Source: the human T2T-CHM13v2.0 reference genome, Homo sapiens
Reading direction: 5' to 3' (one strand)
Assembly: GCF_009914755.1 (NCBI RefSeq)
Contig: NC_060943.1
Length of the DNA stretch: 64,000 bases
The first letter of the stretch is position 1. Every line of letters starts with the position of its first letter. Under the pieces are notes generated by a model. It did no database searches and had not been told where the DNA came from. It worked only from the letters and a program-made list of their open reading frames with translations. The translations under genes and the position numbers were made by a program. Below are positions 1 through 13,620 of the stretch, piece by piece.

Positions 1-267
<267 letters not shown>

Positions 268-357
268 CTATACCTGGCTTCTGGTCCCTGAGGGAGTGTG
301 GTCATTGGGAACTTGGCCTGTGGGACCAGGCAGCTCAGGTTCAAATGGCCACTTCTG

Positions 358-1121
<764 letters not shown>

Positions 1122-1226
1122 CAGTTTCCATAGTTGTACGACGGGGATGCTGATAATCGCATTCACCTCATCAGGGTGCGGTGGCTGATCTGAATGTATA
1201 GGGGCATTTACTAAAAAACAGCATGA

Positions 1227-1657
<431 letters not shown>

Positions 1658-2615
1658 CTAGCAGCAGGCAGGGGCTTATGAAATGTCCACATCACAAGAA
1701 TGCTGGATGTGGATAATGATATGAGCTCTGTGACAGTGGGTAAGGGAGGCTGAGCCACTAGCCCGGGGTTGTGCAGCAGGTTGGCAGCAGAGCCAGGATT
1801 CAAACCCAGCCTGACTGCAGAACCCAGTCTCTTGCCCTACTGCCCTCATCCCCTATGTCCTCATGGGCCTGAGTGATGCCTTCTCCAGGTCCTTCATGGT
1901 GGGGTGAGTCTTGGCATTGGGCCCCAGATGGACCCTCATCCTCTTCACATTACAGCCAGAAATGCTTCCTTGCCCATCTCTAAACTATACCAACCTCTTT
2001 CATCTGCAGGCCTTCCCGGGTGCTGTCATCCTGACGAGGAATGGCTTTTCTATCGGCGAACTCCTATACACCCACAAAACCCCAGTCCCAATGCCCTTTT
2101 TCCCAAGAAGCCTCCCCTGGCTCCACCTGAGACAGTTTGTCTGCCTGTGTGTCTGCCACCAGGTGTAGGTACTGCCCACAGCAAGGGAAGGTGAACTCTG
2201 TGGCTCACTAAGCAGTGATCTCAAATAAGTCCTTGCCTCGTTTTCCCTCATTGGGAAACGTGGAAGGTAACAGAACTGGCACACTGGGTTTTGTCAGGCT
2301 CAAGGGAGAGGAAGCAGGTAAAATTAGTGCTTAGCATGGAGCCTGGGGCTGAGTTGATGCTGGGGAAACAGACGCCGTCATCATCATTACGGTTATTACT
2401 TTATGAATACCAGCATTATTATTTATCTCTGAATCTCTTAGGGCTCAGCACACAGTCCTCAGCATTCAGCCTCATTTGTGGAGCATAAAAGTTCCATTTG
2501 GCAAAATGGAGGGCCCCAGGGAGGAGGTGGGGAGTGTGCCCACACACACACAGCCATAAATGCACACAGGTAAACAAACACGCAGACCCCTGCACATCCC
2601 GTGCCGGCTTCTTAC

Positions 2616-2706
2616 CTTCTGCTGCACAGCCTCCAACGAGCAGGACCACAAGGAGGCCCATGGGACCAACCACAGACACCATGCCAGGGCCCCAGGTGGG
2701 CGCCAT
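2616..2706 (-). CDS. PTPRS: PTPRS first coding exon: signal peptide of receptor-type tyrosine-protein phosphatase S (30 codons + 1 nt, phase-1 intron follows; rest of the gene lies left of the window)
   Basis: Translates to MAPTWGPGMVSVVGPMGLLVVLLVGGCAAE, which I recognise as the PTPRS N-terminus. ATG at 2706 is in strong Kozak context (AAGCATGG). Donor GAAG|GTAAGA at 2616/2615. In-frame TGA upstream at 2787-2785. Confidence 0.97.
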
Positions 2707-2800
2707 GCTTGGCAGCGACCTCCGATCTCCGCCCTGGAGGGGGATGGCCCCCCGGTCCCTCACAGAGAGGCCTCGAGCCGAGCGTCAGATGGGGCAACGT
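2616..2800 (-). other. PTPRS: PTPRS exon 2 (94 nt 5'UTR + 91 nt CDS)
   Basis: Acceptor CCCTCCATTGTCTCTGCAG|ACGTTG at 2801/2800; donor GTAAG at 2615. Confidence 0.93.
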
Positions 2801-2970
2801 CTGCAGAGACAATGGAGGGCTGTGAGAGGCGAGTGGGGAAATCCAGGAGACCTTCATGGAGGAGGCAGAGGGAGGGTCACATGGAGCAGGGGAGGGTCCT
2901 GCGGGGGCTGGTCATGGGACAATGGGGAAGGATCATGGGGTGATGGGATGGAATGAAAGTGCTGGGCCCT

Positions 2971-3330
2971 TGCTATAGAATTAAGGTGTCTCCCCCACAA
3001 AAAATCATATGTTGAAACCTAGTCCCCACTATGATGGTAACAGGAGATGGAGTGTTTGGGAAGTGACTAGGTCATGAGAGCAGAGACCTCATGAACGGGA
3101 TTAGTGTCATAAAGGATCTCCCAGAAAGCTCCCTTGCCCTTTCTGCCACGTGAGGACACAGGGAGAAGATGCCTTCCACGAACCAGAAGATAGCCCTCAC
3201 CAGACACCAAATCTGTGTTGCCTTGATCTTGGACTTCCCAGCCTCTAGAACTGTGAGGTACCAATTTCTGTCATTTATAAGCCACTTGGTCTGTGGTATT
3301 TGGCTACAGCAGCCCAAATGGACTAAGACA
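2971..3330 (+). mobile_element. MLT1A-family (MaLR) solo LTR
   Basis: Starts TGCTAT, ends GACTAAGACA; contains GCCTTGATCTTGGACTTCCCAGCCTCTAGAACTGTGAG; near 5-bp TSD gccct/gcctc. Confidence 0.85.
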
Positions 3331-3385
3331 GCCTCCAACCACCAGCTAAACCCCAACCCCAGCATGAGTCCCCAACCCAGGCTGG

Positions 3386-3467
3386 GCCCCTGACTCAGAC
3401 CAAGCCCCACACCAGGACTGAGGACCTGAGCCCCTGACTCAGACCAAGCCCCACACCAGGACTGAGG
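3386..3467. repeat. 44-bp-period tandem duplication containing TGACTCA
   Basis: gcccctgactcagaccaagccccacaccaggactgagg at 3386 and 3430. Confidence 0.9.
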
Positions 3468-4529
3468 GGTGCTGAGCCCCAGTTTTCTCCAACTCACAGG
3501 CTGCTTCTCAGGAAGGAGGGGACTCCAGACTATGCTGCTGTCTGGCTCTAAAACCTGATCCCCCAGGTTATAAGACAAATCTCTTCCACACACCTGCCTG
3601 TCCCTGCCCTGCTCTAAGACCTCCCATGGCTCCCAGAGCCCCCAGGGGAAGCCACTCTTGCTGACTTCACTGTTTCCTCTCGCTTGGAGGTACAGCCAGG
3701 CCAGCCAAGCTCAGTCCCACCTCCAAGCCTTTGCTTCTGCTGTGCCCTCTGCCTGGAATGCTGTCCCCACCACATGACAGGTCTCAGCTTAGCTGTCACT
3801 TCCTCAGGAAACCCTTCTCTGCCCCTCAAAGGTCAATTCCCCCTACATTCTACATCCCGGAGCATCAGATATGACTAAGGTTATCCTCCGTGGTATTCAC
3901 CCTGGTTCCCAAACTAAATGAAAAGATGTTAATCATTCAGCACGTTTCTCCCACAAGAACCTCAACTCCTCCAGGGCAGAAGGGTCCCTCGTCACATACC
4001 TTGAACCCTGGAATGGCCCCCTCCCCATCTCCCCAATCTCCACTCTGTCCAGAGCCAGGTCAGAGGGCCAGGGAGGGGAAGGGAGAGGCCCAAGGATAAG
4101 ATCTTTGTTGCCTAGTCAGGCTGGCACCCATGCCAGCCCATGCCCTGGGCGGGTCCAGGCCGTGACCACAGGAACTGGTGGCGCATAATAACGGGGCAGC
4201 CCCTGTGATTCTGACTCCCAAAATACCCAGCTGCGGTCACCTCGCCCAGCCCTGGGGCGGTCCCAGGGGAAGGATGGGCGGGTAGTGGCCGGGTCACAGC
4301 CTAGGGTGACGAACGGGATTCGGGGGGCCTCAGTGTACATAGTTAGGCCACAGGCATACAGTCAGACCAGCCACAGAGAACGATGCCTGCTAAATCACGC
4401 CACAGACATACACAGATGCACACAGTCAAACCACCGATACACACCGACACACAGTCAGACTGCAAGCGGTTGCATATCTGCAAGAGACACAGAAACAAAT
4501 GCATTCACACAGTCAGGCAGCAGAGACGG

Positions 4530-4530
<1 letters not shown>

Positions 4531-4576
<46 letters not shown>
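4531..4576. repeat. (CA)23 microsatellite within a CA-rich degenerate region (~4340-4980)
   Basis: Direct. Confidence 0.95.
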
Positions 4577-4579
<3 letters not shown>

Positions 4580-6014
4580 AGGCAAATAAAACTTGCACAT
4601 AGTCAGACCACAAACACAGACAGGCCCAAAATCAGACCACAGACATACACCAAGCCAGAAAAGATACACATAAGGGGTCATGGTGGGGCAGGCAGTACAC
4701 ATACACAGTTGGGTTACAGGGAACTGCAAACATGCAATTAGATCAGAGATACCTACAGGTGCACAAGCCGGTCAAAGTCACACGCAGACACAGGTGCCGG
4801 CACACTGTCAGACTATAGATAGGCCAGTCAGTCAGCAGACCACAGGTGCATGTGCCAGCCAGCCAAATAGAGATATGCAAAGTCAGATTCCCTTCCTACA
4901 CACATATGTGCACACAGGCAGGCTACACAGACATGCACACACACAGTCAGACTCTAGGTACACCTTGCACACAACCAGTTGGGGACTGGGAAGATGAAGG
5001 AAATAAAGCCTAGAGCACAGTCCCTTACTCTGAGTCCCTGCCCTAGCCCTTTAAGAGCAAAAGTTGCCAACGAGGAAGGCGGTGGCCCCAGATGGAGAAA
5101 ACAGCCTGTGGCCAGCTGGGGCTAGGGTGACCACAGCGGCTGGCCCTGCCCAGAAATGCACATCTGCTTGGCCACACTGAGGGGGCGAGGTCAGTCCCAG
5201 ACCACTTTGAGCAGCTGGGCAGGCCTGCAGAGAGCCTCTGGGGAAACTGAGGCAGCATAGCAAACCTGAAGCTCAGAGGGCATGGGTAGGAGTCACTTGC
5301 ACAGAGAGCCCAGGTGGGGCACATATATGGAGGGCCCCAGCCACAGCTGGCTCTCCCACATCCCACGAGGACCTCAGGGCAGCATCAGCCACCTTCTAAA
5401 CCAGGCAGCCCTAATTACACCCTGGCTCCCACGGCAGAAGCCATGTTGGGCCCACACCTCCCTGATGTCTGCGCAGGATGGGGCTGAGTCAGGCACAGAC
5501 AGGCAGGGCCTGGCCATGGACTCCCCCCAGATCCGCCACTCCAGCCTGTCAGGGGCAGGGACGAGGGGCTACAGTAACAGGAGCATTTGGGGCATTGGAT
5601 GATGTATCAGGAATAGGGTGGTGGGAGGGGCCCAGGGAGTGGGGTTCAGACACTACCAAAGACAAAACATCCCGGGGTCCCTTAGGTGCCAATCCTCCCT
5701 AGGAGAACCTCCCATGATGGGGATAGGACCCTGCACACCCACAATCCTCCCACCGACTCCTGCTTCCACGAAAACCCCAGGCGTGAGGTCCTCTGCGAGG
5801 ATTTGGGAGAGAAGATCCCTAGGTCCCATCAGCTCTGCCTTCAGAATCTGTCCCCAACCTGCCCACTTCTTACTCATTCTTCTGCCTCCACTTCTTCCAG
5901 CCCCATTGTCACCGACCTGGACAGATGTCGTCACCTCCATCGTGGTCTCCCAGCTCCCGCCCTTGTCCCTTGATCTGTTCCACTCACAGAAACCAGAAAG
6001 CATCTGCAAGCACC

Positions 6015-6262
6015 CGAGTCAGGGCTCGTCCTTCCTCTGCCCACAGCCCTCCATGGCTCCCACCTGCCTCGGGGTCAAAGCCCAAGTCCTTCCTGAGGCC
6101 CACCAGGTCCTGCACGACCTGCCCTGTCCCCTCCGTGCCCTCCCCTCCTCCCTTTCTCCCCCTCCTCCCTCTGCTCCAGCCGCATGGGCCTCCTTGCTAT
6201 TTCTCCAACACCCCAAGTGCAGTCCAGTCCTGCCCCCGGGCCTTTGCGTGGGCCATTCCTGG
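6015..6262 (+). mobile_element. L2-derived element (homogenised-type copy)
   Basis: ccctccatggctccc...ctctgctccagcc...gggcctttgc, L2 3' region. Confidence 0.75.
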
Positions 6263-6794
6263 ATTTAATATTGGCTGAGGACCAAAAGGTGAATGGGAAT
6301 TGGGGGCAAGGGTGTCTCTGCACTACAAACAGCATGAGGAAGAGCAAGGGGGCAGCACTGAGAGGTCCTAGGAGGGAGAGGGGGAGAGATGAGGACAGAG
6401 AGGTGCACATAGACTAGACCCACAGAGCAGCCAGGAGCCCTACGTGGCCCTGGGCAGGGAGGGAAATGGCCAGGTTGGTGCCAGGCCAACCCTCCACCAT
6501 GTCCTCTTGCAAAAGGCAGCCTGGGCCACCAGCCTTGCCACTGCCAAGAAAGGGAAATTAAGTCAGGTGCAGTAATCTGCAAGCTCCCAGTAAATGACAC
6601 GGCTGTTAGGAAAAGCATGGCAGCCCATGGTGGCCAGCGAGGCTGAGCCAGGGCTAGGGAGAAGGAGAGGGAGTGACCGCTGGACGCTGAACCCATGTGG
6701 GGCTCAGGGAGGGTCTCTGCCCGCCCCACCTGGCTCTCAGGGGCTGCACTGCCCACCACTAGCTCACGGCAGCTGGTCAGAGGCAGGCGCTTGA

Positions 6795-6890
6795 CTTTTA
6801 CAGATGAGGAAACTGAGGCTCACAGAAAAACAGGGACTCAGCCAAGGCCCCCAGCTGGGGTGGGACTTGGGTCTAGAGCCCACGTTTAAT
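6795..6890. mobile_element. MIR
   Basis: ttttacagatgaggaaactgaggctc core. Confidence 0.8.
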
Positions 6891-8319
6891 CTTGTGACTG
6901 TGTCTTTCTCTGGCCACTGCGAGATCTCTGGACAACTCTCTCTGGGACTGGTAGAGCCCGCTGGCCGCCTCTGGGGGCTCCCCCGCGGTGCTAATGGGGG
7001 GCGAGTGGGCACTCATTCCAACCAGGCGCCGGGGCATGGGTCACGCGATCTGGGAGCCGGCTTTGTGTGCCCACGCGGTCCAGGAAGCATAAAGGGGTGA
7101 TTATGACCCAGGCCGGGCAGCAAACAGGCTGTGTCACCCGCACGAGGCGGGGGCTCCTCGGGCCAGAGGAGGCTCCCGGTGCCTCTCCCAGCCCAGGCTC
7201 CAGCTGTAGAGTCCATGCTGCCCTGTCCTGGGGCGGGAGTCTGGGGGCCTAGTCCTAACCCTCAGGGGCCATCCCATGGCCCCAGGGCAGGAGAAGCTGA
7301 GGCTGATTATGCCAGCAGTGGGACTCAGGGGAAAGACCCCTGACCCTGCACAATCTCTCCACCTTCACATCCACCCCCCACCCACAGCTCTCCCGTGCCA
7401 CCGCCTGGAACGTCATTTCCAGGACTGGACCCTGGCCTCCAGCCTCCCTGGACACCTGGGTCACTCCCACATCCACTCAAGCAGGGACAGGCAGCGAGGG
7501 CCCCCCTGGGCAGCAAGCACAGGCTCTGTGGCCACTGGTGGGCTCAAGTCAGCTCTGGCCAAGCCACTGTCCCTCCCAGGGCGCCATTATCTCCCTATCA
7601 GGAAATGGGCTCAGGGAGGGGCTGGGTGGGGCTGGCCCTTCCCGGAACTGAAGTCCGGGGACCTGGCTTTAATTGACTATTGATTTGTATTGGGACGACG
7701 TGAAGGCTCAGGGCACTGTCCCCAGGGGTCCTGGTGGCCAGGAGTGGATGGGTGGGGCAGACAGGGAACCAGGCCCAGCCCTGGAGAGGGAAATCATTAA
7801 AGTCCACTGGGTGCCTCTGGGGTGCTGAGCCCCATTAAATGTTCTCTGTGTTTTCTGCTGTTTAACGGATTAGGAAACCGAGGCTCACCAAGGGTCCTGC
7901 ATGGAGGAGGGGGCTGGGCTGGGTTAGGATTTGAGGCCAGAGCCCGGCTCTCAGTCGAGCCCAGAGTCCACATCCTCTGGGCGCCCAGGCTGCCAAAATT
8001 GCCCGTCAGTGTGTCCCCCATGCTGGCTTCATGGAACAACTTGAGACGCCAAGATCTGGGGGTACCCCTGCTTCTGCTCACACACCCACGGGGGCTCCCA
8101 GCTCCTGTGCTCGCTGCTCTGGGCCCTTCTTGATGTGACTGCATCCATCGTCTTCCCTACCCCCTCTTCCCGAAAGGTCCTGCAGTTCTCAGAATACACT
8201 GCCTCAGGTCTCTGAGCCTCTTCGCATGCAGGTCCCCCACCTGGCACACCCTTCCCCAGCTGGCCCATGGTCAGTTCATCCTGTAAGCTGCAGCCACGAG
8301 ATGCCTCCACTCCAAGCTG

Positions 8320-8660
8320 AGCCCCGTTCCTCCTCTGCTCTAAAACCCTCCATGGCTCCCATCAACACGTATTAAAACTCAGACTGCTACCTCAGCCTCC
8401 AGAGCTGCCAGCCCGGCCTCTGCTGACCTCATCACGCCACAACCCCCCATGCCAGGCTTCCCTTGACACCTTGATCCCCCCCACTTGTGGCCCCTGGCTC
8501 CCACAGGGGTATTTACACACACTGTTCCTTCCACCCAGCATACCCTTTCACATCCTCATCAAATCTCAGCCCTCATACTTGTCCTCAGGGCTCAGCTGAG
8601 CTGTCACCTCTTCCAAGAAGCCCTCCTGGATGCCCCAGGGTGGATCAAGACCCATTCTGA
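8320..8660 (+). mobile_element. L2 fragment (more consensus-like)
   Basis: ctctgctctaaaaccctccatggctcccat...gtcacctcttccaagaagccc. Confidence 0.6.
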
Positions 8661-9229
8661 GCTACCCCATCACAGCTGTGCTCCCACTGTGGGTCTGTCA
8701 ACCCCCTGGATGGAAGCCCTTTTCCCACCCCAGGAACGTGGCAAAGCCCCTGCATGCACTGGATGCCTGCTGCATAACCAGCTCCACCTGGCACTTTATC
8801 CACAGCATCCCTGGCGTCACCTGGGTTTCAGAGGTAGAAACTGAGACCATAGACAGAGACCACCCCAGGCAATGGAGACCGAGACGGGGACAGCCTCGCA
8901 TCCACCCTAGGGGGTCTGGCAGAGACTTAAAGGGTGGGGGTGAGGCTCTGGAAGGAACAGACAGCTGAGGCCAGCCTGGGTTCTGCAGGAAGCCCCTTGG
9001 GGAGGGTCACCAAACTCTGTCAGCTCAGTACTTGGGTCCTGGAACGGCTTAGAGCCCAGGGACGGGAATGGGTAAAAGAAAGGTACGAGCTGCCCTGACC
9101 GTCTCAGAAGACAACACCACAGGCCCCTCCCTGAGGCCAAGCCCCCCAGTTTCTTAAAGCCCCCCAACAAAGCACAGAGGCAACGTGGGGTCCACAGGCC
9201 CGAGAGGAGCGGAAACAAATGGATGGAGG

Positions 9230-10850
9230 TAAACTTCCTGCGATTTTCGGGGGTGGCTAAGAGCAGGGATTCCTGCCATGCACCCCCCACCGCTACCTGC
9301 CCCCTCTGCGGTCCTGTTGCCTCCTCCGCCTTCTGCGAAGTCCCCAGTCACAGCTCCCCCGGGCTGGCAGCGAAGGCTGCCCCGCGCCTGGCTCCGCCCC
9401 CGGGAGGTGGGGGAGGAGAGGGGGTGGGGGGAGGAGGTCGGGCTGGGGGCCAGGCGGGGGAGGGGACCCTGCGGAGCATAACGGTCTGGAGTTTTCCAAA
9501 GTGCAAGCGACGGGCCTGAATGGGGGGGCGCCAGGCAGCAGCAGGCCCAAGCTGGCCCTGGAGGGCGGCCGGCACGGTCAGGCCCGCGCTGGGCTGTGGG
9601 GACCCCCGTGGTCCCCAGCCTCGGAGCCTGGAGGGGGCGCGACAAGAGAGACAAAGCCCGGGGCGGCCCGGGCCTCGGGGTGGAAGGGGGTCCCGGGCGC
9701 ACTCACCCCGCGGCTCGGAGATCGGGCCCGGGCCCCGCGAGGCCTCCACAGGGCCCGCCGCAGCCGCTCCCCGCGTCCCTCGGTCCGCCCGGAGCGCGGC
9801 GCGCAGCGAAGACTCGGGAGAGGCCTCGGCCTGGGGAGCTCGGCCTGGGGGCGGGGCAAGGGGCGGGGCTGTAGGGGGCGGGGTTGCAGTGGGCGGGGCT
9901 GCAGGGGACGGGCCCCGAGGAGGGGGATTGGGGGGCAGGGCGGGGCCCCGGCCGGAAGTGGGGCGGGGGGACCAGAGGGGAGCCCCATCTGGAGGCGCGG
10001 AGAGCCTCCGCAGGAGTCCATGAAACACTGAGCGAAGGGGCGCCCCAGGGAGGGCACGACCCAAGACCCCTCCCTCCCGAAGACGTCTCACGGGGAGCCT
10101 CTACACTGCTCCTCGCTTCCCCAGCTCTGATCGTAGCCATGGCAACGCATGAGGAGGCTGGATGCCGGACAGGGCGGCGGAGGGCTCCCCAAACACACCC
10201 AACTACAGGAGGTCGGAGAAGGGGCAGAGTTCCCCTCCCAGTCTGGGTGGGACCGGAGGCACGGTGATGGGGGCGGGGGGCGTCCCCTCTTCCCCCTCTT
10301 AGACCAGAGGGTAGGGGAGAGGTGCGGGCGCAGAGGCTTCCCTCCCGCTGGGGGTCCAGGGGAATGAATGGGGGGACACCGTGGCAGAGGCCCCCACCCT
10401 CGCCACAAGCCTGAGGAGGGGGCGGAGAGCACAGGGCCAGATTGGAAACAGATGGGGCCGCCGTGCCAGGCCCGCGACACCGGAGCAGAGGGAGAGGAGG
10501 AGGGAGAGGGAGGGGCAGACCTGTCCGGGCGGCCAATCCGAGCCAGCGTTGCGCCCGGGGTGCGGGTTTGAAAACTCCACCGGAGGGGCCCGGAATGTAG
10601 AAGCCCAGCGGGACCTGGGGGTCTGGGGACGGGACAGGGGCAGAGGCCGGGATGGAGACCCAAGGGCTCCCGCGTCTGCTCCCATCCCTGGAAAAAACGC
10701 CTCTCTTCCCAGCATTCGCGCTGAGGACGAAGCCCGAACGCCAACGCCAACGGGATGTCCTGGGCGCTCAGCTGCCATCAGCTGTGCTTCCTCAGGCCAC
10801 CGGCCACGGCTCTAGGAGGCAGACCCCACCATCACCCCCATTCTGCAAAG
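9230..10850. promoter_or_regulatory. PTPRS: Intragenic CpG island, probable alternative PTPRS promoter
   Basis: CpG-dense and Alu-free; tandem GGGGCGGGG boxes ~9847-9970; ETS motif CCGGAAGTG 9952-9960; RFX X-box 10133-10146. Confidence 0.8.
9707..9810 (-). other. PTPRS: Putative alternative non-coding first exon of PTPRS (5' end approximate)
   Basis: Consensus donor CGGG|GTGAGT at 9707/9706, directly downstream (minus strand) of the GC-box/ETS cluster. Confidence 0.6.
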
Positions 10851-12316
10851 AACGGAGCCGAGAAAGAGAGAGAAACGGCTGCCCACGGCCGGGAAGAGCA
10901 GGAATTGGAACCAGGGTTTGGGTCCAGAGGAGGAGCTCTCACCACAGCGCTGCTGGAGGCCTGGGGCCCCCGGAACTGAGGATATATCATGAATAATTTC
11001 AAGCCCCTTGGGTTTATCTAGGTACAGGGCCATCCTGAAGACAGACGCCCCACTCTCTAGAAGCCATTACTCAGTGGGGCAAAGGACGTGGGCTTTGATG
11101 GGAGACACACAGGCGGCTGTGAGAGCCCAGCAGAAACAATTCCGCTCCCACGGCTCCCGTCCATGCCCTCCCACTGCTACCTCAGTGGCTGGCTCCCATC
11201 TCCTTCAAACATCGAATAAATGCCTCCCTCACTGGGGGATACCACACTGCCCCCTTCCCTTACCATGCCTCAGTTTCCCTCCTCTGCAAAATGGAGCATG
11301 GAATCGCCCCGCCCCATCTCCAACAATAGGTGGCCTAGTCCACAAAGCACCATGCACAGTAGGTGGTCTGTGAGTGTCTGCACACAGGCTCCCTGCCTGC
11401 CCCTTTGACACAGAGCACACAGGAGGTGCTAAACACAGGATGCCGTGACGTCCCCCGTCCCACGCAGCCCCATCCTCGACGAGGTACACAGTAGGTGCTT
11501 CATGGAGGAGGCTGCCTGGTGCCCCAGCATCACCAAAGGCACACAGGAGGTTCCCTGTGTCAATGTAGGCGTAGGAGCAACCAGCGTGACCTCCCCAACT
11601 TGGCTGGGCACACAGTGGGCCCTCAGGAGCAGAGTAGGCACCTTGCTTGTATCTGTGGCAAGGCACGGGGCTCATACAGACTCGAGTTTGAATCCAGGGA
11701 TGCCCCGTGTGTCAAGAAAGCACCCGTACCTCTCGGGCCGACAGTTTCCCCATCTGCCACATAAGCCAAGCACTGAACAGGTGCTCAATGAATCCACACT
11801 GTCAGGAGGCTTGGGGCTGCATGACCTGCAGCATACAGGCCTGGCTCTGGGCTGCCCAGGACTCGGGACGGCAGACAAGGGCTTGCCAGCCGCTTCCCAG
11901 CCAGTCCTGCCCTCTCTGGGCCTCTTGTCCATGTCTCTGTGGAGGCAGACTCTTGCCCCTATTCCACAGTGGTGACTGCAGTTGGCAGGGGACACAGCCA
12001 CCCCCGAGGGGCTGGGGGAGGTGGGCCAGGTGCCCTCCCCCTTGGCTGGGTGGCCCCATCAGCACAGAGCCCTACATGCGCCTAGTCCCCGGGTCTGCCT
12101 CTCCCACCAGACTGTGACCTCGGGAGGCAGAGCAGGATTTGTCTCGGTCACCCAGTGTCCCCAGCACCTAGCACAGGTCCACAGTACAAAGGAGGTTCTC
12201 AGCAAACATTTGCACAATCAGGCCCAGCCTCACCCAGGAGAGCCCCTCCGACCTTATTCTCCTCCAAAGGCCACACTGTGTGTGCCCTTGTCATAAAGCA
12301 GGCATCTTCACCTACC

Positions 12317-12610
12317 CTTTTTTCAAGACAGGGTCTCGCTCTGTTGCTCAGGCTGGAGTGCAGTGGCACCATCATGGCTCACTCTAGCCTCAACCTCCTG
12401 GGCTCAACCTCCTGGGCTCAAGTGATCCTCCCACCTCAGCCTCCTGAGTAGCTTGGACTACAGGCACATGCCACCACGTCTGGCTAATTTTTGGATTTTT
12501 TTGTAGACATGGGATCTCCCCATGTTGCCCCGACTGGTCTCGAACTCCTAGACTCAAGTGAACCTCCTGCCTCAGCCTCCCAAAGTGCTGGGATCACAGA
12601 CATGAGCCCG
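12317..12610 (-). mobile_element. Alu (J-like)
   Basis: Reverse Alu; small internal duplication caacctcctgggct x2. Confidence 0.9.
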
Positions 12611-12834
12611 TAATAAGGTTAAGCCCAGCCTACCCTTTTCTAAACAAACATTTCCAAGCCCCGATGCCAGGCACAATCCTAGACACACAGTGACCAAGAC
12701 TGACAAAGATCCCTGCCCTCAGGGTGTGGATGCTCTAAAGAGGGTGACACATGAGAAACAAAAGAAATCAAATCCACTGTGGGTCAGATGGTGGTAAGGG
12801 CCCTGAGGATGATTGGGTTCAGGGTTGTAGGATG

Positions 12835-13090
12835 AGGAGGGAGGATCGCCTGAGGCCAGGAGTTTGAGACCAGCCTGGGCAATATAGCCCATCATCTCTA
12901 CAAAAACTTTTAAAAATTAGCTGGGCCTGGTGGCGCATGACTGTGGTTCCAGCTACTTGGGAGGCTGAGGGCGGAAGCATCGCTTGAGGCCAGGAAGTTG
13001 AGGCTGCAGTGAGCTAGGATGGTGCCACTGCAGTCCAGCCTGGGCGACAGAGCGAGACTCTATCTCTAAAAAAATGTAAAATAAAATAAA
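12835..13090 (+). mobile_element. Alu (5'-truncated, J-like)
   Basis: Alu consensus. Confidence 0.85.
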
Positions 13091-13099
13091 CACAGGATA

Positions 13100-13620
13100 G
13101 GAGAGAGGGGAGGTGACATGCGAACAAAGACCAGAAGAAGGTGAGAGAAAGTGAAAGAGGATTCCAGGCAGAGAGCTCAGTCCATGCAAAGGCCCCGGGG
13201 CAGCACTGCACCTGGCGTGTTGGAGGAATGGCGAGGAGGCCAGTGTTGCTGGAGCAGAGTGAGGAAGGGGAGACAAAGAGGAGGGGAGGGGAGGGAGGGG
13301 AGGGAAGGAATGGGGACAAGATGCGCACGGCCTCAGAGGCCTCCAGGAGGAATTGGGCTTTGACCCTGAGGAAGGTGGGAGCCATGGAGGGCTGTGGGTA
13401 GAGGAAGGCCCTGACTCAGGTACTCACAGACATGCTCAGCTGCTGTGGGGAGGGCAGACTGTGGGGGATGACTAGGCTGGGGCTGGACTGGGTAGAGGAT
13501 GAGGGAGAAAGGCACATTCTAGGCAGACCCAATAGAATTTTCTAAACGGCTCATTTGGGGATGTACAGAAAAGAGGGGACTCAAGGATGACTTCTGGGTT
13601 TTTGGCCTGAGCACCCTAAA
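13100..13620 (-). mobile_element. L2-derived element (homogenised-type copy)
   Basis: Reverse complement of the L2 3' region; gaggtgggagccatggagggctgtggg. Confidence 0.75.

Noticed and set aside
2419-2763. 114-aa ORF as a standalone protein
   Set aside because: Only 2706-2616 is real coding sequence; the start is a GTG in the UTR and the tail reads into the intron past the GT donor
5618-6268. 216-aa ORF with similarity to ORFs at 15598 and 26612
   Set aside because: Similarity comes from the shared L2-derived repeat, not a protein family
9154-10815. ORFs of 140-277 aa over the internal CpG island
   Set aside because: Same GC artefact; many begin at non-ATG codons; no recognisable domain
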